Assembly (NCBI GenBank): GCA_050084985.1
Contig: JBITNC010000001.1
Location: forward strand, 144,646,001 to 144,710,000
DNA length: 64,000 nt
Origin: Nageia nagi
Lineage: Eukaryota > Plantae > Pinophyta
Direction: 5' to 3'
The notes beneath the pieces were generated by a model. The model did not search any database. It worked only from the letters and a program-made list of their open reading frames with translations, and was not told where the DNA came from. This document shows, in pieces, positions 41,009-52,300 of this stretch. The position numbers and the translations under genes are program-made. The number at the start of each line of letters is the position of its first letter. Within the stretch, counting starts at the first letter, position 1.

Positions 41009-44000
41009 AGTCCTACTAGTATATTAGACGACATCACTCCATATGAGACATTGTATGAAAAAAAACCAAATGTAAATCATTTTAGAGATTTTCGTTGTCT
41101 AGCTTATGCACATGTACCTGATGAAAGCAGGAGAAAGCTAGATCCAAAAAGTGAAGCATGTATTTTTGTGGGGTATTGTGAATTAACAAAGCATATAGAC
41201 TACAATCCAAAAACTCATAAAATTGTGGTTTCTAGAGATGTCATTTTTTATGAAGGGGGGATGTATAGCCATAAAAAACTCCATGTTGATGATGAATCCA
41301 ATGGTGCGAGTTCCTCCAAAGTACAGCCCACTATTCAACCTAGCCAACAAAAATCGGTGGCCAACAAAACTCAATCCCAAGTGATGATGATGATGATTCT
41401 TCAAATGCAATGAAGACCAAAAAAGGTACAAGGATACTTTCTAACCATCCATCCTCTCAAATGCTAGACACCAATTTCCAAATTAGATTCAAAAGAGGCC
41501 AAGCACAAGAAATGGATCAAGTTGTAACAAGACTTGAAAACTTGAAAATATATGGTGATGAGGATGATGGTGAGCCTAGAGGTGAGGTTGTAAATTATGT
41601 TTTAATGACTAGTGTTGAGCTAGAGCCATCCAGTTGATACTTGGAAGCTTGTGGAGCTTCCAAAAGGTAAAAGATGTGTTGGTTCCAAATGGATCTTCAA
41701 GACCAAATATAACAGTGATGGGAATATAGAGAGGCACAAGGCAAGACTTGTAGCTAAGGGCTTCACAAAAAGATATGGTATTGATTATGAAGAAACCTTT
41801 GCACCGGTGGCAAGACAAGATACTACAAGACTAATTCTCTCTTTGGTTGCCCACAAAGGTTGGAAAATTCATCACATGTATGTCAAAAGTGCATTCTTGA
41901 ATGGCTACTTGGATCAACCTCGAGGCTTTGAGATCAAAGGAAAAGAGCATTTTGTCTACAAGTTGAAGAGAACCTTGTATGGCTTCAAGCAAGCTCCAAG
42001 AGCTTGGTACTCAAGAATTGATGGGTACTTTCATCAATATGACTTTATAAGAAGCAAGAGTGAACCTACCTATTATCACATGAAACAAGGTAATGATATC
42101 CTACTTGTTTACTTATATGTTGATGATTTGATTTGCATGGGTAGTTGTTCAAAGTTGATTGATGCTTTTAAGAAAGCTATGATGCAAGAGTTTGAAATGA
42201 AAGATCTTGGTTTGATGCTTTATTTCTAGCGTATGGAGGTGTATCAAAGAGAGGGGGAGATTTTCATTTATCAAACTAAATATGCCAATGATATGTTTAA
42301 AACAATTGGCATGGATAATTGTAAACCTATCCCAAAACCAATAGGTCGTGATGAGTTGTTGAGTAAGGATGATGGGGTTGCAAAAGTTGATGTAACCACA
42401 TATAGGAGCATTGTTGGAAGCTTAATGTTTCTCACAAATTCTAAACTTGATCTTGCTTATGTTGTCTCACTTGTATCAAGGTATATGAGTGACCCTTCTG
42501 AAATACATATGAAAGCAACAAAAACAATCCTTACATATGTGAAAGGTTCCATCTGATTTTGGCATTCATTACTACCAAAATGATGAGTTAATATTGTGTG
42601 GGGTTTAGTGATTTTGATCGAGGAAGCAATCTTGATAATTGAAAACCTACATCGAGGAATTGTTTCAATTTTGGATCAGGTATTATTACATGGAGTTCAA
42701 GAAAGCAAATTATAGTTGCATTTTTTTCTACAGAGACTGAATACATTGAAATCACAAGTGTTAGTGCTCAAGCATTGTGGTTGAGGAAAGTTCTTGAAGA
42801 ACTTGGAGAGAAACAATGTGGTCCAACAACCTTGTTTTGTGACAAACAAAAGTGTCATTCAATTGGCAAAATATCTAGTCCATCACAACAAAATCCAAAC
42901 ACATTGACATGAAATACCACTTCATCATAGATATGGTGGAGAAAAACATCATTGAGCTAAGGCATTACAACACCCTTGAAAACATTGCTAATAATTTTTA
43001 CAAATGGGGTTGTCAAGGCTCAATTTTTGAAGCTGAGGAACTCATTGGTGAGCCCATTTTGCATCAAGGGGGAGTATGTTGGAAATTGACTTGAGTTGAC
43101 CAGTTAATCCATTTGTTTCAACATTCTTTCGGAGTCACTACCAAAACATAGTAGCTCATGGTGTTTCATCTGGAAACATAAGCACATTTTGTACCCAATG
43201 CATTTCAATTCCGGAACATGGGGGCGTTTCTCAAACATGGGTGCATTTTGTCAAACTGGACACCTTTCATCAAAGTTTTTGGTGTCTTTCCAATTTTAGT
43301 ATGTTTTGACATTTTCTTAGCTTGTTTGACCAGCATACATCATGTGAATTATCGTTGTAATCATTTGGAACATGTAGGAACATAGTATAGTGGTTTGTTA
43401 TTGTATTCACAAGGATCTTACATTGTTTTCTAATGGATTTAGTAATTGTACATGAAAATATCATTCTCAAATAGTAGTCTTTGTAATCTAGTTCCATCAG
43501 TGAACTATAAATATATAATATTTCGTTTGATAATACAATTCAATGAACATATTTCACAAAGATAACACATTTGCCATCTTCAAACACAAGCTTATAATTC
43601 TTTTCCATGATTTGCCTTTCTCTCAACAAATTATGTTTCAAATTTGGGGTGTAGTATATATCATTTACCTTCTTTTTGCCTTCATTATTGTTCACCTCCA
43701 TGGCTCCTATGCTTTCAACTTGCAATACTTCGTCATATCCAAGCTTGATCTTGGACTTTTAGTAGTTGTCAATTGTAGCAAGGAGCTCCTCCTTATCGAT
43801 CATGTGGTTTGAGCAATCGATATCAAGAATCAATGTCTCATTTATATTTTGATCATATTTCTCATATGTCAAGAACAAATTTGAAGATCCTTTCTCTTTT
43901 ATTAGGGTGCACTACTCCTTCCTTCTTGGAATGCCTTCAATCTACATTCTCTCTCATAGTGACCAAACTTCTTGCAAAACTAACATTGCTTGTTTTGTTT

Positions 44001-46466
44001 GTCACTTCTTCCTCTTCCTTGTGCGACCCCTCTTCTTCCTCTACCTATTCCTCTTTAAAGAGAAGGATCCCTTCCATGGCCTCTTCCATGTCCACTTGCA
44101 CTAGCTTCACCCTCCTTGGATGCAAAAGCCTTTTCTTCAACACCACCAACATTTGGAGATGTAGAATCCTTTAGTCTCTCTTCATGAGACATTAGTGAAC
44201 TAATCAATTAATCATAATCAAGAGTAAAAAGATCCTTGCTCTCTTCAATTATGATTGATACATGGTTCCATTGAAATAAGTGTTCCCAACACTTTCTTCA
44301 CAACAACTTCATTCTTCACCTCTTCGCCAAGAATTTGCATCTTGTTTACACAAGCCTTCATTCTCCACACAATAGTCTCCCACATTTTCTTCATATTGCA
44401 TTTTGAGATTTTCAAAATCTCTTCAAAATTTGAAGCTTGACTTGCTTCACTTGTGCACTCCCTTGATATCCATCCTTCAAGGCTTTCCAAGTTTCTTTTG
44501 TTGTAATATAAGAAGCAATCCTTGGAAAAATGTTTTTGTCCAAGCTCAATTGAATTTGGTAGAGTGCGCAGTTCTTCTTTTGAACCTCTTTCCTTGCTTT
44601 TCATTGAAGAGTGTTCCAATCAGCAGATTCATTGAAGCCATCTTCTACAATGTTCCAAAAGCTTTTACCTATGAGTAATGTTTTCATTTTTATACTCTAA
44701 TACTTACAGTCCTCACCATTGAATCTTGGCATTGGCCAAGTGTTGTTGTTAAGACATTATGTTATAAACAACAAACACCCACAAGCTTGCTTCAACCCAA
44801 AAGACCAATCTAGCTCTGATACCACAATGAAAAAATGCTCATTGATATATTTTATCAAATAAAGGATTACATATTTATACTTCTTGGATAGAACTTAGTA
44901 CAAAATCATTGCTATGAGAATGAACTTCCCATGAATTCTACAACTATTGAAATCAACCAAATACACTATGAAATCCTTGTTAACAACACTCAAAAACAAA
45001 TACAATACATTCCTACATGTTTCAGATGATTACAATAACTAACCACATGAGAAATCATTCTCAAACCAAAGTGAAAAATGATAAAACACTCAAAACTATC
45101 AACCTCTGGATTCGGATCGGTATGCATCAGACTGACTAGTCAGACAGAACTGATCAGCAAACCGATTGAGCAATCAATAGGCCAATTAGACAGTGCAGAT
45201 CGACTGACCAGTTGGTGATCAGACCTGTGCAGTTGAGATTGACTGACCAGTTGGTAATCAGACTTGTGCAGATCGACTGCAAAATAGAGAATCAGAATAT
45301 TGAAGTTCTCTTGCCAAGACCAGGTTTAAACTCCAACAAGATCTACATTTTTCTACCTAAATCAAAGGATTTTCTATTGTACTGGCCATTTTATATATAA
45401 TTTAAGCCAAGGTTTGCAGGAATTATTATGATCTGAATATTTGAGTATTTTTCTATTGTGATATGTTATCTAGGGATTCAAAAAGTATTAGATCTACAAT
45501 TTATTTCAGTATTGTTTCATATTTGAAAACTATGGCATTAATTTGAATGGATCTGATATTATTTATCATTATTTCTGATTTTTGCAGGTTAGGAACATTA
45601 CAGAGTTTGAGCTTGAACTTGATACATGACTAGAGTCTCAATGTCAATGTCAAGACATGCCAACCTCATTGACTGCATCCGAAGCTACCAAGGCACCAGA
45701 AACAAGGGGAGAAACATCTAGGGCATCAGCAAAAGAGAAAGGGAGAGGAAAAAAGAGATCACATTATTGATGTGTTTGAATTTTTTATTTTGTTTTTTGC
45801 AAAATTAAAGAAACATTGCAATATATATTTTGAATTTTCAATATTTATTTATGTAAGGCTGTAAGCACCAAACAAAATTTGATATGAAATGCAAAAAAAA
45901 TGTTTTCTGGTGCTTTATTATGTGTTTTGGTAATGCCAAATTGCAAATAACATTAAATAGAAGTATTTATGTTCTGGTTTTCTTTTTGCCGAGTTGCCGA
46001 TTAGTCTCCGCATAAAGGCAAACAATTAATGGCAGTTGGCAAGTTTTTGAACCTTGATGATGACAGATAACCCTATGTAAAGTTTTCAGATTGTGTCATT
46101 CAGAAAAAATTGAACATGAATATGTATCCTAGAGAAAACGACTTATAGATTTCGATTCAAATTTTCAAGCCTGTTTCAAGATAAATAAATCTCATTTTAG
46201 AACACTTCTTTGCAGTAAAGCATTAGTCTGCACAATAGATAAATTTTACATTCCTTTACAGACAGATTTCATGCCCACCACAAAAAAGTCTCCTTGATAC
46301 AGAACTTTACAGACAACAATGGATTGCGGATACTCATCTCCTAAGACTTTAATAAATACTCTATCAAGAGCAAGACAATTTGAAAAAATGACTAAATAGA
46401 AGATATGAATTACATGCCACATATACCAGAGAAATGTTGCTCAGTCACCAATTCAACGCGTAGCAA

Positions 46467-46600
46467 TCATCTCTTTCTAGAGTTAGTTCTTGATGATGCC
46501 CCTTTTCTAGATGGTACTTTCTTTTTTAACAAACCAGATTTGAGGACGGCTCGGAGTGTCAAAGACTTGACTGTTGCCTTCCGTATCTTTCTGCCTTTAC
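46467..46600 (-). CDS. GAF1: RPP30/GAF1-like gene, predicted last coding exon (basic tail)
   Basis: Acceptor TTGCAG| at 46601, phase-compatible with the donor at 57176. Encodes (S)KGRKIRKATVKSLTLRAVLKSGLLKKKVPSRKGASSRTNSRKR*. Confidence 0.7.
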
Positions 46601-47330
46601 CTGCAACAACAAAAAGCAAGTGGGACTTTCAGTGTTGGTTTTATCAAGGCAAAAATAAACAATTTGTGTCTTCTCAAATCAGTCATTTAAACTGCGTGTC
46701 CATATATTTAACTTCTGATGATCAATCACTCAAAATTATCTCTTCGGTAAATTGAAATGGATTTCAAATGATAGGTGGCCCACAACTTACATTAAATATT
46801 GGACTTCATTGAACTACGTGATGAAAAAACTATAAAACTGATTATACAAATATGCTGTGGTTCAAATAAGACTAATTTACTATCCAAGGTAAAATATCCT
46901 GTGTAAAACTCAAATTCATGCCATTTGCTCTAAATAATAAAGCAAACTAGGGGTTTTTAATTCACGCTGATGCAAGGAGGTAACTGCCAGATTATCATCG
47001 CTTACACATACTCATTTGTCATAAGCATTGTTGTTCACCGGGTCTGATCCATGTTAGTTTATAAGATCTGGTACTTTGATATATACAGATGATTATTGAA
47101 TCAATAACAGAAGCTTTTTCCCAATTCCAATATATCAAAAAGGCACATGCTGATCTGTTTGAAACACGACAGGCAAGATCAGACCATTAAAAAAGAGATG
47201 GAAAAACATTTAAATTGTAATCACTTATCGAAGTAAAGAGTCCCTCATTTTTCCTCCATTGAAAGTCAGTTTCCCTTGTAAAAAAATATCCATCAATTTA
47301 CCCATTTGCACTCTGGCATATCATTGTAAT

Positions 47331-47542
47331 CATACTTAGTTAATTCGGATTCAGGAAAAATTTGGTTAGGGACCAAATTTTAAAATTCAGGGAATATTCA
47401 GGAAAAGTACGACAAATTCAGAATAAAAACATTAAAAATACTATAAAAGGTAAGAATTTTTAAATTCGGTAAAATTCAAGGTCCCTGTTAATTTCCGAAT
47501 ATTCGGCAAATTCATGAATATTCGGAGAATTAATCAACTATG
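47331..47542. mobile_element. hAT-type MITE (212 bp), intronic
   Basis: 8-bp TSD ATTGTAAT; imperfect TIR CATACTTAGTTAATT/CATAGTTGATTAATT; repeated ATTCGG/ATTCAG motifs. Confidence 0.9.
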
Positions 47543-47675
47543 ATTGTAATACAATAATGTGACTTGCAGAAGTTGATTTAATTGCCCCTAACAACCTAAT
47601 AGATAGGACCTAGGACATTTTCCATAATATAAACATTAAAATACATTACGAACCTGTTCTCTTACATAATTAAAC

Positions 47676-48331
47676 CATAGTTAGGAAAATCGGATTGGAA
47701 TCGAATAAAATCGCCTAAAATCGGAATCAGTCAAGCAAATGATCCGATTCGAATCGGATCCGATTTTTTTGCAGAAGGATATTTTCCGATTCCGATTCCC
47801 GATTTTTTTATCCTAAAAATTGCGATTTTTTGGCAAAAAATCAGCCAAAAATCGACCAACAATTTTTAAGGATTTTTAAAGACTTTTTAGGATTTTTTTA
47901 GGATTTTTTAGGAGTAGCACTAGATGAATGTTTTGATTCAGATTTTGTTATTTTTTAGGATTTTTTAGCAGTAGCACTAAATGAATGTTTTGAATCTTTT
48001 GATTCAGATTTTGTTGTCACATTATTTAATGTGTTTTGGTCCTTGACACTTGGAGATTCGATGTGTAATACAAAACAGTACAATTTCTTTGATATGCAAT
48101 GTTGGCTATTTTATGTGTTATTCTATATGGAATGTCGTCTATTTAATATTCAATGTTGAGATATAGCTAAAATTGATTTGTTTCAAATTCTCAATGTCAA
48201 ATAGGAGAAATTCCTTCATTTTTTCTCTATGTCGATTTTTCCGATTTTTTCCCTGATTTTATCCGATTTTTCAAAAAATCTGAATCCTGCAGTCAAACAA
48301 ATCTGATTCGATTCCAATTTTTCTAACGATG
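47676..48331. mobile_element. hAT-type MITE (656 bp), intronic
   Basis: 8-bp TSD AATTAAAC; TIR CATAGTTAGGAAAAT/CATCGTTAGAAAAAT; subterminal AATCGG/CCGATT repeats. Confidence 0.92.
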
Positions 48332-49392
48332 AATTAAACAGGGTAAAGATGACAATTGTTTTTGGTCACACCCTAGCAAGCACACCTGTAGGCATATAAA
48401 ACATTTCTTACTCCCTTCAGCCATTAATATAGTAAAGATATCTAATGAGCTGGTGACCAACCTATTACTAAGTGAGAATGTAATAATAATTGGTGTCAAG
48501 TCAGTTATTATGAATTCTTATGAATCAAATGTTTTGTCATACATGCATGATATAAGTTTAGCATTATTCCAAGTGTGTTCAAGAGGATTGCTAACCACTG
48601 AGACAGAATGAGATTTTGTGTTACTGGCTTAATATATTGCTTAGCCAAGCCTGAGATAATTATGTTTGAAGATTAATAATATTGCAACTTTAAATTATAT
48701 TCCTGCAACTCAAATCCATCTAATCATTTTATCATTCTCCAATTTTCAATCACATCTATAATATGAAATCGCCCTCAAATTTGCACTAATACAAAAATTG
48801 TGTGTTTTTTCTTCTATTTTGTGAACATGTGGAACACACATTAGTCTACAATCAAATCAGGTTGTTGACTCAGTTCCTTGAATATTAAATATTTCTTGTT
48901 ACTTTTCACCACATTGCAGCTCAATGGCAGTGAACTTGTTTCCAAGATGGGGCATCTTTCAAATCTTTTTACATCTTCAAAATAACTTCCTACCCAAAGA
49001 CACCAATTCCCTGTTGGAGAACAATTTTGGCTATTTCCATTCAAACATTCATAATTTTAAAAGGCAAGAAGAAATGTTTTAGCTGCGTGCAAGCAGAAAT
49101 GTTATATTGACATATACAATAATTATCTTCCAAGCTGCTTTATATGTGATTCTTTGTATGTGACACCAAAAGTCATTTTCAGTTTTGAAGTGATGTAGTC
49201 CCTTTCATTTGATATCCAATCTTGGCATTTGATTAGTTTTTCGGTCTCTTTTATTCTTTTAATAGCCCCAACGGTTCAAATAAAGAACACTCCCTTTGAA
49301 TCACGGGCATGTTTTAATGTATGACAAAAGCGTAGGAAAAAAGAAACTACGATTTCTGTTTTCACAATGATAAATCCTACTTTGGAGCTTAA

Positions 49393-52300
49393 TGTTGGAA
49401 TATGATGCTGACCATGTGGTATTTCCAAATCAACAAAATAAATTTGTCCCTCATTTTGTAACTATAGAATAAAACAATATGTAATTGTAGGAATATTTCA
49501 GTTTGTAAAAGTTGTGAACTGGTACTTTCCAGGTAACAGCTTAAATTCTTTAGTTTAATTTTTATTAGATAGTGTAATAGCAATTCTATTGTATTGTACA
49601 AATTTGCAAAGTGTGGCGAGACAAATTGAAGCTGAAAAATCCATTTTCCCAGCTGCTTGTGTATTTCAGGATTACGCAATCCAAAGTTTACAAAAAGTCT
49701 GAACAATCTACTTTGGAGCTTAATAATTTTTTCTGTGTTGCTCCATTTTTAGAATGTGATACATCGTTGGAAAGATCTTACCAAGCACTTGTCATTCATG
49801 TATCACATGCCTCATTTTTTTTATGTTAAGAACTTCATTTTCACCTCTGAAAATCACGTTTTAATCTTTTTGCCTAGACTTTGGCGCTGCTACCAAGACT
49901 CTAGTGCTTCTGTTTAATTTTGGCACTTCTAAACCTGAAGTCCAATATTTGATATTTTTACATTTTTGGATACCCATTATTGAGTTCTTTCGAACCATAT
50001 TTTATTTGCCTCATTTTGAGCTCATTTGGTCATCCATTTATCAACTTTGGTGCTCAACATTATAACTCTGGTGCTCACTATTTTGAGTTGTGCTTCTATT
50101 GTTCTATCTTAAACTTCATTTGGTATTAGAGCCTTGTATGATTGGAGGGCTAGAGTCACATGTTGTTTTGTAAAGATTATTGCAGGATCTTTGCTTGTTG
50201 AGTATAATGGCTAACATCATTAATTCATTGTCAATCCCTAAGTTTGATGAAGCTGACTACGAATACTGGAGCATGAAGATGAGGACCTTGCTAATGGGAA
50301 AAGGTCTTTGGGATATTCTGGACGATGGTTATACAGAACCAGTAGATTGTAGCACACTTGCAGCAGCAAAAAGACAAGCTATGAAGGAAGCACAAAAGAA
50401 GAATTGTTTGGCTCTCTACCATGTTCAATCATCCTTGGATAAAAGTATTTTTTCAAGAATAGTAGGCTGTAAAACAGTTGTCGATGCATGGAAGGCCTTG
50501 CAAGATGGTTATCAAGAAAGTGACCAAGTCAAGCAAGTGAAATTGCATACTCTGAGAAAAGAATTTCAAAATTTGAGAATGCAAGAGGTTGAAAGTGTTG
50601 GTGACTATTGTGTAAAAGTGAAAGCTATTGTCAATAAAATGGCAACTCTTGGAGAAGAACTAGAAAAAGTGTTTTTTGTTAAGTAAGTGTTGTGAACACT
50701 TACCTTCAAGTGGAACCATGTGGCCATTACTATTGAAGAGAGTAAGGATTTATCTACTTGAGTTTGATCAACTGATAGGGTCTCTTATGTTTTGTGAAGA
50801 GAGGTTGAAAGAAATTATTAGTGTTGGTGAATAGAAAGCATTTTCTTCTAAGATTGATAAAGCAAGTTCCAACGAGAAAAGAGAAGGAAATAGCCAAGGA
50901 ATAGGTCAAAATTCTTCTAGAGGAAGAGGAGGTGGTGCAACAGGTAGAGGAATAGGCAGAGTTAAAAAAAGGAATGTGCAATATTACCATTGCAATAATT
51001 ATGGACATTATAAGAGAGAATGCATACTGAACGTTGGTAATGAAAGGAAGACTGCAAACTATGTTGAAGAAAAGATTGCTGATCAAATCTGTTCTTATCA
51101 TATAACAAGGTTGATAAGAATCTTCAAGAGATTTGGATTCTTGATACAGGGTGTTTCAATCATATGACAAGAAAGGGAGATCTATTTTCTTCCTTGGATC
51201 ATTCATTCAAATCCAATATCAAGCTTGGAGATGGTAACTCTTTGGAGGTGCTTGCCAAAGGTCTAATGGAGATGAACATAAGAGAAGGTAAAAATAACGT
51301 TCATGACATCTATTACACACCAAATTTGAAACATAATTTGTTGAGTGTAAGGAACCTATCAGAAAAGAACTATCAAGTTAGTTTTTGAATATAAGAAATG
51401 TGTAATTTATGATAAGAACCATGGCAAAAAGATTGTTACTACAATCCCTATGATAAATAATAGGTTGTTTCCTTTGAGATTTGGAGGACAAAAGGGCAGC
51501 CTTGCTGATGTGGCTCTTGAAAACAAAAGTTGGTTTTGGCATCTCAGGTATGATAGTTTCAATTTTGCAAGTTTAAGGCTGCTCACATCACAAGAGAAGG
51601 TTTATGATTTGCCAAAAGTGGAGAAGCCCGAAAGTGTTTGTGAGGGTGTGCATTGGGAAAGCATGCCAAACAAAATTTTTCTAAATGGAATGCATAAAGG
51701 GCCTCATACCCACTTCAATTGGTTCATTATGATATTTGTGAGCCTATGCAAACCAAGAGTTTGGGTAAGAACTCTTATTTTCTTATCTTTATTTATAAAT
51801 ATTCAAAAATGTGTTGGGTTTACTTCTTGAAACATAAGGATGAGGCATATGCTTATTTCAAAGATTTTAAGAATCTTGTTGAGAATCAGAGTGGTTGCAG
51901 TCTTAAATGTTTAAGGACTGACCATGGTGGGGAATTTTTTTTTAATGAGTTTCTCCAACTTTGCAAAGATAATGGTATTAAAAGGCAGCTCAATACTTCC
52001 TATACTCCACAGCAGAATGGAGTAGCAGAAAGGAAGAATAGGACTGTTGTTGAGATGGCAAGGAGTATGTTGCAAACGAAGGGGGTGAGCAATATGTATT
52101 GTGTTGATGCAGTCTGAACAACAACGCATATTTTGAATAGGAGTCCTAATAACTTGGAGAAGATGACTCCTTACGAGGCTTGGTATGAAAAAACCTCAAT
52201 GTTAACCACTTCAAAGTTTTTGGTTGTTTGGCTTATACTCATGTGGCTGATGAACATAAGAAGAAGCTTGATCCCAAGAGTGAAGCATGTATTTTTATTG

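Larger units (their letters stand above)
30494..43558 (+). mobile_element. Degenerate full-length Ty1/copia element nested in the minus-strand copia
   Basis: LTRs 30494-30947 and 43077-43558, PBS TGGTATCAGAG at 30951, PPT AAGGGGGAG before 43077, TSD ACGAT/AAGAT. Coding pieces 31081-32695, ~34407-34669 and 41009-43070. Confidence 0.92.
27165..45338 (-). mobile_element. Old full-length Ty1/copia element (pieces 27165-30493 and 43559-45338)
   Basis: LTRs 44828-45338 (5') and 27165-27606 (3'). tRNA-Met PBS at 44813-44824, PPT at 27607-27619. Gag/protease at 43560-44750; integrase, RT (MDVKSAF, LYVDD) and RNase H at 27620-30490. TSD degenerate (TGATA/AGATC). Confidence 0.9.
26255..45602 (+). mobile_element. 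Solo LTR (~1.17 kb; halves 26255-27164 and 45339-45602) split by the copia nest
   Basis: Perfect 11-bp inverted termini TGTAATGTTCC/GGAACATTACA. TSD GAGTT at 26250-26254 and 45603-45607. The hAT frame rejoins across it as TEREFELELDT. Confidence 0.88.
7020..46056 (+). mobile_element. Decayed hAT DNA transposon (zf-BED/DUF659/dimerization-type transposase) split by nested insertions
   Basis: Collinear transposase pieces: 7477-8095 (BED-like DPPWK..CYGKAIHGGINRMKYHLA), ~19005-19443 (ITQFATNF, LMGYLYEAMEKAKECIKR), 25501-26254 (RWNDQLH, WWEFFGVKCPLLQQLVICILSQPCS, FVYVHYNLRL) and 45603-45770 (C-terminus). Possible TIRs AAGGTTCAAA at 7021 and TTTGAACCTTG at 46046-46056. No 8-bp TSD found, so the outer ends are tentative. 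Confidence 0.7.
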
